Assembly (NCBI GenBank): GCA_965279525.1
Contig: CBDIIB010000002.1
Coordinates: forward strand, 32,001 to 96,000
Direction of reading: 5' to 3'
Source of the DNA: Tagaea sp.
GTDB taxonomy: Bacteria > Pseudomonadota > Alphaproteobacteria > CACIAM-22H2
Length of the DNA stretch: 64,000 bases
Shown: positions 9,833-19,476 of the stretch, one piece after another
How positions within the stretch are numbered: position 1 is the stretch's first letter
Layout: every line of letters begins with the position of its first letter
The notes under the pieces: model-generated
The model's database searches: none
Told to the model about the DNA's origin: nothing
What the model saw: only the letters and a program-made list of their open reading frames with translations
Position numbers and translations under genes: made by a program

Positions 9833-10894
9833 ATGTCGCGACCTTCAGCACCTGAGCTACACGCAGCACCGCCGCTCGAACGGCGGCGCATCGGCCGGAC
9901 CGACCTTTCCATCTGCACGCTTGGCCTTGGCGGCGCACCGCTCGGGAATTTCGGGCAGGAAGTGTCCGACGCCGAGGCCGAGGCGACCGTCAGTGCCGCC
10001 TATGCCGCCGGCATCCGCTATTTCGACGTCGCACCGCAATACGGGCACGGCCTTGCCGAGCACCGTTTCGGCCATGTCCTGCGCAACCTCACCGATCCCG
10101 ACATCGTGCTGTCGACGAAGGTGGGGCGGCTGCTCCATCCGCGCGCCAGCGGGCGCGGCGACGCGACCATCTTCCGCAACACGCTCGCCTTCGACTATCG
10201 CTACGACTACAGCTATGACGGCGTGATGCGGTCGTTCGAGGACAGCCTGCAGCGCCTCGGTCTTTCGAAGGTCGACATCCTCTATATCCACAACATCGAT
10301 TCCGAGAATCTCGGCGGCCGGAACCAGGAATTCTTCGACCAGGCGGTCGCAAGCGGCCACAAGGCGCTCGCGAGCCTGCGCGACCAGCGGCTCGTGTCGG
10401 CCATCGGGGTGGGCAACAACCATTGGCGCATCTGCCGCAAGTTCGCCGAGGCGATCCCGCTGGACTGCTTCATGGTCGCGACGAAGTCCGCCTATTCGCT
10501 GCTGGTGACCGACCTGCTCGACGATTTCCTGCCCTTCTGCGCCGGGCGCGGGATTTCCATTGTCGTCGGCGGTGCGCTCAACTCGGGCATCCTCGCGACC
10601 GGTGCCGTGGAAGGCGCCCAGTTCGCCTACGAGGCGGCGTCGGACGACATGCTTGCCAAAGTCCGCGCGATGGAGCGCGTGTGCCGCGCGCACGGCGTGC
10701 CGCTGCTGAGTGCGGCCCTGCGCTTCCCGCTGGGCCACCCGTCGGTCGCGAGCGTGGTGCAGGGTGCCCGCTCGCCCGGGCAGGTCATCGCGAATGTCGA
10801 GGCGTTCCGCCGCCCCATTCCGGACGCGCTCTGGTCCGACCTCAAGGCGGAAGGGCTGCTGCGCCCGGACGCGCCTGTTCCGACGGGAACCTGA
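9833..10894 (+). CDS. aldo/keto reductase (D-threo-aldose dehydrogenase-like)
   Basis: LGLGGAPLGN, YFDVAPQYGHGLAE, STKVGR, DYSYDGVMRSFEDSLQRLG. Confidence 0.9.
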   Translation: MSRPSAPELHAAPPLERRRIGRTDLSICTLGLGGAPLGNFGQEVSDAEAEATVSAAYAAGIRYFDVAPQYGHGLAEHRFGHVLRNLTDPDIVLSTKVGRLLHPRASGRGDATIFRNTLAFDYRYDYSYDGVMRSFEDSLQRLGLSKVDILYIHNIDSENLGGRNQEFFDQAVASGHKALASLRDQRLVSAIGVGNNHWRICRKFAEAIPLDCFMVATKSAYSLLVTDLLDDFLPFCAGRGISIVVGGALNSGILATGAVEGAQFAYEAASDDMLAKVRAMERVCRAHGVPLLSAALRFPLGHPSVASVVQGARSPGQVIANVEAFRRPIPDALWSDLKAEGLLRPDAPVPTGT

Positions 10895-10921
10895 AACGCC
10901 CACGAAGGGAATCCGGAACCG

Positions 10922-11721
10922 ATGACGTCGATCTTCTCCATGCGAGGGCGAACCTGCCTCATCACCGGGGCGAGCGTGTCGATCGGGCGCGCCATTGCAC
11001 TGGGCTTCGCCGACCACGGGGCTCCGTCGCGGTGCATCACTCGGCCGCCGCCGACGCGGCCTTCGGCCTGCCGGATGCGGCCGCCGCAACCGTCGCCGAG
11101 ATCCGCGCCAAGGGGGTTGCCGCCCACGCGGTCGAGGCCGATCTTGCCGCCGCCGACGGGCCCAAGCGCGCGTTCGAAGGCGCGGTCGCCGCACTCGGCT
11201 CGGTCGACGTACTCGTCGTGTGCGCCTCGGTCCAGAAGCGCGTCGAATTCGCCGACATCACGCCAGAGCAGATCGCGCGCGAAACGCGGATCAACTTCGC
11301 CGCGACGATCGAGCTGATGCAGCTCGCCATTCCGCCGATGCGCCAGCGCAAATGGGGGCGCGTGCTGACCATCGGCAGCGTCAACCAGTCGCGCCCCGAA
11401 CCGCAGCTGGCCACATATGCCGCCCTCAAGGCCGCACAATGGAACCTCGCGATGAATCTTGCCGCCCAATGCGCGCCCGACAACGTGATGGTCAACAACC
11501 TGTCGCCGGGCATCGTCGCGACCGAGCGCAACCGCTGGCGCCGGGCCGACGCCGCCGAATGGGCGGCGATCGAGAAGAAGGCCGCCCCCGCACTTGGCCG
11601 TGCCGCCCGGCCCGACGAGATGGTCGGGGCAGCGGTCCTGCTGTGCTCGGACGCCGGCAGCTACATCGCGGGCATCGACCTGCAGGTCACGGCGGGCGCC
11701 CATCTGGCCGTGTTCAGCTGA
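10922..11721 (+). pseudogene. SDR family oxidoreductase, frameshifted near 11020
   Basis: LITGASVSIG N-terminus in one frame; YAALK catalytic motif and NNLSPG in another. Confidence 0.75.
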
Positions 11722-11725
11722 TCGC

Positions 11726-12418
11726 TCAGCGCCAGATCGCCATCGGGATTCCGTACCGGTCCGTCGCCGGCTTCGCCGGCAGGCACACGCCCTTGCCCGC
11801 GACGATGCGCAACGCGGCTAGGCACACGACCGCCGCGTCGATCACGTCGTCGGGTGCGACGAGCTTGCGCGGCAGCAGGTCGAGCCAGTCGGCGATGTCG
11901 CCCATGCCGTTGGCTGCCAGCAACGCCAGACGGCGCTTGCGGCCCTCGGGCGTCTTCTTCTTTTCCAGCACCGGGGCACCGGCGAGCCTTGCGAAGCCAA
12001 GCTCGGGATGCGCTTCGACGATCCGGCACGCCGGACGTTTGCGTAACACCGCGTCCAGTTCGCGCATCTTGGGGAACAGGTTGAAAGCCTGCTTGGAGAG
12101 GCCGATGCCGTTGCCGTTGTGCGCACACGCGTCGCGATAGTCGCGGGCCGCCAGCGCCTTGCGCGACGGGGCGGAGAACACGCTCGATGTCTTGCCGGGC
12201 AGGGCGGCGCGTGCGGCACGCTCGCAGTCGCGCCCGCCCTTGATCGCCGTATCGGGAAAGCCCATCGGCATGTCGACGGCGATCAGGTCGAACTCGCCGG
12301 CCTTGAGGAGGTCGCGGAACTTCTCGACGAAGCGCAGCTCGCGCGGGCGCCCGTCGGTCTCGGCGACGACCGCGACCCAGCCGCCGCGCGCCCCATCCAC
12401 GCCGGCGACGCGGCTCAC
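11726..12418 (-). CDS. DUF429 family protein (predicted RNase H-fold nuclease)
   Basis: AGVDG..GGW, VDMPMG, EAHPE, DDVIDA motifs; GTGA overlap with upstream gene. Confidence 0.85.
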   Translation of the reverse strand: MSRVAGVDGARGGWVAVVAETDGRPRELRFVEKFRDLLKAGEFDLIAVDMPMGFPDTAIKGGRDCERAARAALPGKTSSVFSAPSRKALAARDYRDACAHNGNGIGLSKQAFNLFPKMRELDAVLRKRPACRIVEAHPELGFARLAGAPVLEKKKTPEGRKRRLALLAANGMGDIADWLDLLPRKLVAPDDVIDAAVVCLAALRIVAGKGVCLPAKPATDRYGIPMAIWR

Positions 12419-15400
12419 TCCGCCGCCTGTGCCGCCGGTGCGGGATTGCGGAAATTGGCGCGCAGGATCTCGCCATGCGCCTTTGCCTTCGCGAGGTGCG
12501 CTTCCTTCACGTGGCCGTAGCCGCGGATTTCCTCCGGCAGGCTTGCGAGGCCCACGGCGGCGCCGTGGTTGGCGGGCGTGAGGCCGGCGAGGATCTCGGC
12601 GATGGTCGCTTCGTATTCCGCGATCAGCGCGCGCTCGACTTTACGTTCTTCGGTGCGGCCGAAGATGTCGAGCTTCGTCCCGCGCAGGAATTTGAGCTTC
12701 GCCAGCACGCCGAAGGCCGTCAGCATCCACGGGCCGAACGTGCGCTTCTTGAGATGCCCGGTCGCCTCGTCGCGCTCGGCGACCAGCGGCGGCGCGAGGT
12801 TGAATTCGATGCGGTAGTCGCCCTCGAACTGGCGGGCGAGGGCGGCGCGGAACTTCCCGTCCGAATAGAGCCGCGCCACCTCATACTCGTCCTTGTAGGC
12901 GAGCAGCTTGGCGTAATAGCGCGCGACGGCAAGGGCGAGGCCCGTGCGCCCCGGCGTGGCGGCCTTCTCGGCGGCTTCCACCTGGCGGACGAGCGCTTCG
13001 TATCGAGCCGCGAGGGCGGCGTCCTGGTAGCCGGTCAGATGCTCGATCCGTGCGGCAACGATGCCGTCGAGCGTGACGGCGATCTTGCGCTCGGCGGGCA
13101 TCGTCGGGGCGGCGGCTTCTTTCACGCGCGCGGCATCCACCGCCGCGAGCCGTCCCCACTGGAAGGCGCGCTTGTTGGCGTCGATCGCCACCTCGTTGAG
13201 CTCGATGGCGCGCAACAGGGCATCGAGCCCGACCGGGATCAGCCCCTTCTGCCAGGCAAAGCCCAGCATGAACGGATTGGTCGCGATCGAATCGCCCATC
13301 AGGGCGGTGGCGAGCTTCGTGGCGTCGACCATGTCCATCGCACCCTGGCCAAGGGCGTGCGCGATGACGTCCGTCATCTCCTGCGTGGGAAACTTGAGAT
13401 CGGGATCGCGCGTGAAATCGCCGGTCGGGGATTCGTTCGTGTTGATGATGGCGCGCGTCAGGCCGATGCGCGTCTTGTCGAGCGTCTCGGCCCCCGCCGC
13501 CACGACGATGTCGCAGCCCAGCAGCAGGTTGGCTTCGCCCGCCGCGATGCGCACGGCATGCAGCTCGTCCGCCGACTTCGCCACGCGGATGTGGCTGACG
13601 ACGGCACCGCCCTTCTGCGCAAGCCCCGCCATGTCGAGAATCGACACGCCCTTGCCTTCGAGATGGGCCGCCATGCCGATGAGCGCACCCACGGTGACGA
13701 CACCCGTACCGCCCACGCCGGTCACGACGATGTTGTAGGGATGATCGAGGCCGGGCAGGACCGGGGCCGGAAGTACTGCGAACGGATCGACCGCGTTGGC
13801 GTCGCGCTTCTCGCGCGGCTTGCGCACGCGCCCGCCGAGCACGTTGACGAACGAAGGGCAGAAGCCCTTGGTGCACGAATAGTCCTTGTTGCAGCTCGAC
13901 TGGTCGATGGCGCGCTTGCGGCCGAACTCGGTCTCCACGGGGATGACGGAGAGGCAGTTCGATTTGACGCTGCAGTCGCCGCAGCCTTCGCACACGGCTT
14001 CGTTGATGAAGATGCGCTTGGCGGGATCGGGATAGGTGCCGCGCTTGCGCCGGCGGCGCTTCTCGGCTGCACAGGTCTGGTCGTGGATCAGGATCGTGAC
14101 ACCCTGTTCTTCGCGCAGCTCGCGCTGCACGGCATCCAGATCGTCGCGGTGGCGGATCGTGGTGCCGGGTGCGAACTTCGCACTGCCGTACTTGTCCGGC
14201 TCGTCGCTGGTCACGACGATGCGGCTCACGCCTTCGGCCTGCAGCATCTGGGTGATGCGCGGCACCGTCAGCGGGCCGTCATGCGGCTGGCCGCCGGTCA
14301 TCGCGACGGCGTCGTTGAACAAGAGCTTGTAGGTGATGTTGACCTTGGCCGCGATCGCCGCGCGGATCGCGAGCGAGCCGGAGTGATAGAACGTGCCGTC
14401 GCCGAGATTCTGGAACACGTGCCTGGTGTCGGTGAACGGCGCCTGGCCGATCCACGGCGTGCCTTCGGCGCCCATATGCGTGAAGGTCGTCGTGTCGCGG
14501 TCCATCCAGATCGACATGAAGTGGCAGCCGATGCCGGCCATCGCCCGGCTGCCTTCGGGCACCTTGGTCGAACTGTTGTGCGGGCAGCCCGAGCAGAAAT
14601 AGGGCGCGCGCTTGAAGGAATGGCCCTCGGGGTTGCGCTCCTTGGCGTCGATCAGCGCCACGCGTTCGCGGATGCGCTCGGACGTGAAGAAGGGTTCCAG
14701 CCGCTTGGCGATCACGCGCGCGATCATCGCGGGCGTGAGTTCCCCCGACGAGGGCAGGATCCACTGGCCCTTCTCGTCGAACTTGCCGACCACGCGCGGG
14801 CGCACGTCGGCCCGCCAGTTGTAGAGCTGCTCCTTGAACTGGTTCTCGATGAGGGCGCGCTTCTCCTCGACGACGAGCACTTCTTCCAGCCCCTCGGCGA
14901 AGTGGCGTGCCCCTTCGCGCTCCAGCGGCCACGGCATGGCGACCTTGTAGACGCGAAGGCCGATCTTGGCCGCGAGCGCTTCGTCGATGCCGAGATCCTC
15001 GAGCGCCTGGCGCACGTCGAGATAGCTCTTGCCGGTCGTGACGATGCCTATCCGCGGGTTCGGGCTGTCGACGACGATCCTGTCGAGCTTGTTGGCGCGC
15101 GCGAAGGCGAGGGCCGCGTAGACCTTGTATTTCTGCAGGCGGAATTCCTGGTCGGTCCAGTGGTCGGGCCAGCGGATATGCACGCCGCCTTGCGGCATCT
15201 CGAAATCGGTCGGTGTCACGAAGCCCAGGCGATGCGGATCGACCGACACCGAGGCCGTGCTGTCCACCGTCTCGCCCGTGCATTTGAACGCGACCCAGCA
15301 GCCCGAATAGCGGCTCATCGCCCAGCCATAGAGACCCAGATCGAGGAACTCCTGCACGCCCGACGGGTTGAGCACCGGGATCATCGCCGAGATGAATTCG

Positions 15401-15897
15401 TGCTCGGACTGGTGGGCGAGGGTCGAGGATTTGGCCGCGTGGTCGTCGCCCGCGAGCACCAGCACGCCGCCGTTGGGCGACGTACCGGCCGCGTTGGCGT
15501 GCTTGAACACGTCGCCGCAGCGGTCGACGCCGGGGCCCTTGCCGTACCACATCGAGAAGACGCCGTCGTACCGGGCACCCTCGTACATGTTGACCTGCTG
15601 CGTGCCCCAGCAGGCGGCCGCCGCGAGATCCTCGTTGAGGCCGGGCGTGAAATGGATGTGGTGGTCTTTAAGGTGGCGCTTGGCCTTCCACATGGCCTGG
15701 TCGAGCCCGCCCAGCGGCGAGCCGCGATATCCCGTCACGAAGCCCGCGGTGTTGAGGCCGGCCGCAAGGTCGCGCTGGCGCTGCATCAGCGTCAGGCGCA
15801 GCAGGGCCTGCGTGCCGGTCAGGAACACGCGGCCGCTGTTGGCCGTGTACTTGTCGTCGAGGGAAACGTCGAGCAGGGCCGTGGCGCTGGCTGTCAT
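12415..15897 (-). CDS. indolepyruvate ferredoxin oxidoreductase family protein (fused alpha/beta)
   Basis: GYRGSPLGG, YFCSGCPHN, CEGCGDC ferredoxin motif, GVGGTGVVT, YKDEYEVARL. Confidence 0.95.
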   Translation of the reverse strand: MTASATALLDVSLDDKYTANSGRVFLTGTQALLRLTLMQRQRDLAAGLNTAGFVTGYRGSPLGGLDQAMWKAKRHLKDHHIHFTPGLNEDLAAAACWGTQQVNMYEGARYDGVFSMWYGKGPGVDRCGDVFKHANAAGTSPNGGVLVLAGDDHAAKSSTLAHQSEHEFISAMIPVLNPSGVQEFLDLGLYGWAMSRYSGCWVAFKCTGETVDSTASVSVDPHRLGFVTPTDFEMPQGGVHIRWPDHWTDQEFRLQKYKVYAALAFARANKLDRIVVDSPNPRIGIVTTGKSYLDVRQALEDLGIDEALAAKIGLRVYKVAMPWPLEREGARHFAEGLEEVLVVEEKRALIENQFKEQLYNWRADVRPRVVGKFDEKGQWILPSSGELTPAMIARVIAKRLEPFFTSERIRERVALIDAKERNPEGHSFKRAPYFCSGCPHNSSTKVPEGSRAMAGIGCHFMSIWMDRDTTTFTHMGAEGTPWIGQAPFTDTRHVFQNLGDGTFYHSGSLAIRAAIAAKVNITYKLLFNDAVAMTGGQPHDGPLTVPRITQMLQAEGVSRIVVTSDEPDKYGSAKFAPGTTIRHRDDLDAVQRELREEQGVTILIHDQTCAAEKRRRRKRGTYPDPAKRIFINEAVCEGCGDCSVKSNCLSVIPVETEFGRKRAIDQSSCNKDYSCTKGFCPSFVNVLGGRVRKPREKRDANAVDPFAVLPAPVLPGLDHPYNIVVTGVGGTGVVTVGALIGMAAHLEGKGVSILDMAGLAQKGGAVVSHIRVAKSADELHAVRIAAGEANLLLGCDIVVAAGAETLDKTRIGLTRAIINTNESPTGDFTRDPDLKFPTQEMTDVIAHALGQGAMDMVDATKLATALMGDSIATNPFMLGFAWQKGLIPVGLDALLRAIELNEVAIDANKRAFQWGRLAAVDAARVKEAAAPTMPAERKIAVTLDGIVAARIEHLTGYQDAALAARYEALVRQVEAAEKAATPGRTGLALAVARYYAKLLAYKDEYEVARLYSDGKFRAALARQFEGDYRIEFNLAPPLVAERDEATGHLKKRTFGPWMLTAFGVLAKLKFLRGTKLDIFGRTEERKVERALIAEYEATIAEILAGLTPANHGAAVGLASLPEEIRGYGHVKEAHLAKAKAHGEILRANFRNPAPAAQAAE

Positions 15898-15950
15898 GGC
15901 TGTCTTTTCCGTCCCGTCGCGCGGAGCGTCGTGGCTCCTTCGTTGACTGG

Positions 15951-15979
15951 ACGGTAGTGCAAAGACGGGGGCCGGACAA
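15951..15979 (-). promoter_or_regulatory. sigma70-type promoter of the oxidoreductase gene
   Basis: TTGTCC-N17-TACCGT on the minus strand. Confidence 0.5.
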
Positions 15980-16083
15980 TCGGCGTCCGGTCCGGCACGA
16001 AGAAAGCAACGACGTTCCGGGCCCGTGCGGCGACCCGTGCCGGAAGTTGCGCGGGTTCAGTCGCCCCACGCAACTCCGTTACG

Positions 16084-18270
16084 TCAGGCCGCTTTCGCCG
16101 CCCGCGCGCGCACCAGGCTCACCAGCACGTTGTCGACCAGCGTGCGGCCGATCTCGCCCTTGCCGGCCCAGCCCATCGACAGGATCGATTCGGGGTGGAA
16201 CTGCACGGCCGCGATCGGCAGGCGCTTGTGGCGCACCGCCATCACGAGCCCGGCCGGCGTGCGCGCGAGGATGTCGAGTTCGCCGTGCGGGAACGTGTCC
16301 GCCTTGGCGTGCAGCGAATGATAGGCGCCGACGGCGCAAGGGGATGGCAGGCCGTCGAACAGGCCCGTCCCGTCATGCTCGATGTCCCAGCGCTTGCCGT
16401 GGCGCGGCTCGGGCAGCACGTCGAGCGTGCCGCCGAACGCCTCGACCGTGCCCTGCAGCCCGAGGCACACGCCGAACTGCGCCACGTCGTGCTTGGCAAG
16501 CTCGGTCACGAGGGCGGGCACGCCGAACTGCGACGGCGTGCCGGGGCCGGGCGAATGCACGACGAGGTCGGGCTTCATCGCCAGGATGGCGGCGGCCCCC
16601 AGCCCGTGGCGGTAGGTGGCGACATTCGCCCCCGTCTGGCGGAAATAGTCGGCAAGCGTGTGGACGAAGCTGTCCTCGTTGTCGACCAGCACCACTTTGA
16701 GGCCGGCACCGATCGCGTTGTCGGCATTGGTCGCCGCCGGTGCTGACGGCGGGGCGAGCACGCGGAACAGCGCGTTGGCCTTGAGGTGCGTCTCCTCGTT
16801 CTCCTCCATGCCGACCGAATCCCAGATCAGCGTGGCGCCCACGCGGTAGCGCACGTGCTGGCGCTTCTTCGCATCGTCCTCGAGATGCACGGTGCGGATC
16901 GTGATGCCGGTGTTGACGTCGCCGTTGAGCAGGAGTGCGCCCACCGCGCCGCCATACCAGCCGCGCGGGGCGGTCTCGGTCTTCTCGATGATCTCGACCG
17001 CCCATTTCTTCGGCGCACCGGTGAGCGTGACGGCCCACATGTGGCTGATGAACGCGTCGAGGCCGGTCACGTCGTCGCGCAGCTTGCCCTCCACATGGTC
17101 GACCGTGTGGAACAGGCCGGCATAGGTCTCGATCTGGCGCCGTCCCAGCAGCTTGACGCTGCCCGGCACGCAGATGCGCGACTTGTCGTTCCGGTCGACG
17201 TCGGTGCACATCGTCAGTTCCACCTCGTCCTTCTCGGAATCGATCAATGCTTTCAGCCGCTCGGCGTCTTCCATCGCATTGCGCCCGCGCCGTGCCGTGC
17301 CCGAGATCGGGCAGGATTCGACGCGGGAGCCTTCCACGCGTACGAACATCTCCGGGCTCGTCCCCACCAGCCGGTCGGGGCCGAGTTGCAGGAAGAACTC
17401 GAACGGCGACGGGTTGACCTTCTTGAGTTTGGCGAACAGCTGCGAGGGGGCGCCCTGGTAGGCCGCATCGAAGCGGCGCGACAGCACGACCTCGAAGATG
17501 TCGCCCACCCGCATGCGCTCGCGCGCCCCGTCCACCAACGCGGCGTACTGCTCGGCCGAAAGATCCGACGTGATCTCGGGCTTGGCCGTCGGCTCCACGT
17601 ACTTGCGCCGTGCCACCGGCTCGAACACTTTGCGTGCGGCACCTTCGGTGGTCAGGCTCCCCCGCACGAACTCGTAATCATAGCGGAAGGCGGTCTCCTT
17701 GCGCCGGTCGAGGATGTACATCCGGTCGGGCAGGAACAGGTGCAGGTCGCGCGCCGTTTCCTTGCGGGCATGGGTAAGGGCGATCGGCTCGAACTGGAAC
17801 AAGAGGTCGTAGCCGAACGCGCCATAGAGCCCGAGGAACGGATCGGCGAGGCCCTTGAACTCCTCCACGATGCGCCTGAGCGGCGAGAATAGCGAGGGTT
17901 GCTGGCTGCGCTGCTCTTCGGCGAACGGTCCCTTCGCGGGCGGGATGGCGAGCGTGCGCTCGCGTGGGGATTTCGCCACGATCTCGAATTCCGCCAGCAC
18001 GGGATCGAGCACGTCGAGCAGCCGTTCGCCGCGTTCGTTGATCGCGCGGAAGGTCAGCGTGCGGTCGCGCCCGACGATTTCCAGCGGCGGATCGACGAAG
18101 CCGAACTCCCAGCGCGAATAGCGCCCCGGATAGTCCACGCCCGACGAGAACAGCCCGCCGCGCGCGCGGTCGAGCCGTTCGGCGAAGCCGTCGAGGGCGG
18201 TGGCGTAGTCGAGCGGCCGCTTCGTGCGGACGAGGGTCAGGCCGGACTTGGACGCGAATTCATGGCGCAT
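16084..18270 (-). CDS. trpE: anthranilate synthase, fused TrpE(G)
   Basis: YPGRYSRW, CPISGT, ELTMCTDVDRND, GAPK; C-terminal GATase (DNEDSF, GVCLG, VQFHPES). Confidence 0.95.
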   Translation of the reverse strand: MRHEFASKSGLTLVRTKRPLDYATALDGFAERLDRARGGLFSSGVDYPGRYSRWEFGFVDPPLEIVGRDRTLTFRAINERGERLLDVLDPVLAEFEIVAKSPRERTLAIPPAKGPFAEEQRSQQPSLFSPLRRIVEEFKGLADPFLGLYGAFGYDLLFQFEPIALTHARKETARDLHLFLPDRMYILDRRKETAFRYDYEFVRGSLTTEGAARKVFEPVARRKYVEPTAKPEITSDLSAEQYAALVDGARERMRVGDIFEVVLSRRFDAAYQGAPSQLFAKLKKVNPSPFEFFLQLGPDRLVGTSPEMFVRVEGSRVESCPISGTARRGRNAMEDAERLKALIDSEKDEVELTMCTDVDRNDKSRICVPGSVKLLGRRQIETYAGLFHTVDHVEGKLRDDVTGLDAFISHMWAVTLTGAPKKWAVEIIEKTETAPRGWYGGAVGALLLNGDVNTGITIRTVHLEDDAKKRQHVRYRVGATLIWDSVGMEENEETHLKANALFRVLAPPSAPAATNADNAIGAGLKVVLVDNEDSFVHTLADYFRQTGANVATYRHGLGAAAILAMKPDLVVHSPGPGTPSQFGVPALVTELAKHDVAQFGVCLGLQGTVEAFGGTLDVLPEPRHGKRWDIEHDGTGLFDGLPSPCAVGAYHSLHAKADTFPHGELDILARTPAGLVMAVRHKRLPIAAVQFHPESILSMGWAGKGEIGRTLVDNVLVSLVRARAAKAA

Positions 18271-18362
18271 GGCGGTCTCGCGGAGGCGGGCCCCGCGCGG
18301 CTGGCGCGCAAGGCTCTAGGGACGTATGGGGAATCTGAAAGGGGAAAGAAGTTGGCTGGCGC

Positions 18363-18413
18363 TTAGCGCCACCAAGCCTGCCAAACGGAATTGCGGGCGG
18401 GGGTTCTTTCCAT
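18363..18413 (-). CDS. trpL: Trp-rich leader peptide MERTPARNSVWQAWWR
   Basis: 16-aa ORF with three Trp codons (WQAWW) ending 92 nt upstream of trpE(G). Confidence 0.85.
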   Translation of the reverse strand: MERTPARNSVWQAWWR

Positions 18414-18420
18414 GGCCGTC

Positions 18421-18449
18421 ACGCTAGCGGAGGGCGGAAGCCTGCGCAA
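18421..18449 (-). promoter_or_regulatory. sigma70-type promoter of the trp leader (predicted leaderless transcript)
   Basis: TTGCGC-N17-TAGCGT, followed by 7 nt and the leader ATG. Confidence 0.6.
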
Positions 18450-18498
18450 CCACGAAAGCGCGTGATTTTGGCGCCCGGGGCGGGTAAAAGCGCGCGTC

Positions 18499-19476
18499 AT
18501 GACGGTTCTGGTCACCGGTGCAGCCGGATTCATCGGATTTTCGGTCGCCCGCGCGCTGCTTGCCCGCGGCGAGCGCGTCGTGGGCTTCGACAATTTCGAT
18601 CCGTACTACGACGTACGCCTGAAAGAGGCGCGCGGCGCGGAACTGTCGAAGCATCGCGGCTTCAGGATGGTGCGCGACGACATCGCCAATGACGGCGCTT
18701 TCGCCGCCGCCATCTCCGACCCCGACATCGACCGCGTCGTGCATCTCGCCGCCCAGGCGGGCGTGCGCTATTCGATCACGAACCCGGACGTCTATATCCG
18801 CACCAACATCGTGGGCCATTTCAACGTCGTCGAGGCGTGCCGCCGGCGCGGCGGGATCAAGCATCTCGTCTATGCCTCGTCCTCGTCGGTCTATGGCGGC
18901 AACGAGAAGCTGCCCTTCGCGGTCGACGACAAGATCGACCGGCCGGTCTCGCTCTATGCCGCGACCAAGGCCGCCAACGAGCTGGTCGCGCACTGCTACA
19001 GCCATCTCTACGACCTGCCGGCGACGGGCTTGCGCTTCTTCACGGTCTACGGGCCGTGGGGCCGGCCGGACATGGCCTTGTGGATCTTCACCAAGGCGAT
19101 CCTCGCGGGCCAGCCGATCCAGGTCTTCAACAACGGCAAGATGCGCCGCGACTTCACGTATATCGACGACATCGTCGCCGGCGTGATCGCCGCCCTCGAC
19201 CGCCCGCCGGCCGCCGGCGCGAAGGTTTCGGCGCACCGCGTCTACAATCTGGGCAACCATAAATCCGAGCCGCTGCTGCGCTATGTCGAGCTGATCGAGC
19301 GGGCGACCAACCACAAGGCGATTCTCGACATGCAGCCCTTGCAGGCCGGCGACGTGCCCGAGAGCTTCGCCGACATCGAAGCCTCGACCAGGGACCTCGG
19401 CTTCGTGCCGCGCACCTCGATCGACGACGGCGTGCCGAAATTCGTCGAGTGGTTCCGCGCCTATAACGGGGTCTAG
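18499..19476 (+). CDS. NAD-dependent epimerase (UDP-glucuronate 4-epimerase-like)
   Basis: TGAAGFIG, HLAAQAGVRYS, YAATK, RFFTVYGPWGRPDMA. Confidence 0.92.
   Translation: MTVLVTGAAGFIGFSVARALLARGERVVGFDNFDPYYDVRLKEARGAELSKHRGFRMVRDDIANDGAFAAAISDPDIDRVVHLAAQAGVRYSITNPDVYIRTNIVGHFNVVEACRRRGGIKHLVYASSSSVYGGNEKLPFAVDDKIDRPVSLYAATKAANELVAHCYSHLYDLPATGLRFFTVYGPWGRPDMALWIFTKAILAGQPIQVFNNGKMRRDFTYIDDIVAGVIAALDRPPAAGAKVSAHRVYNLGNHKSEPLLRYVELIERATNHKAILDMQPLQAGDVPESFADIEASTRDLGFVPRTSIDDGVPKFVEWFRAYNGV

Noticed and set aside
12475-15957. 1160-aa plus-strand ORF antisense to the indolepyruvate oxidoreductase
   Set aside because: Shadow ORF caused by high-GC codon bias; no motifs
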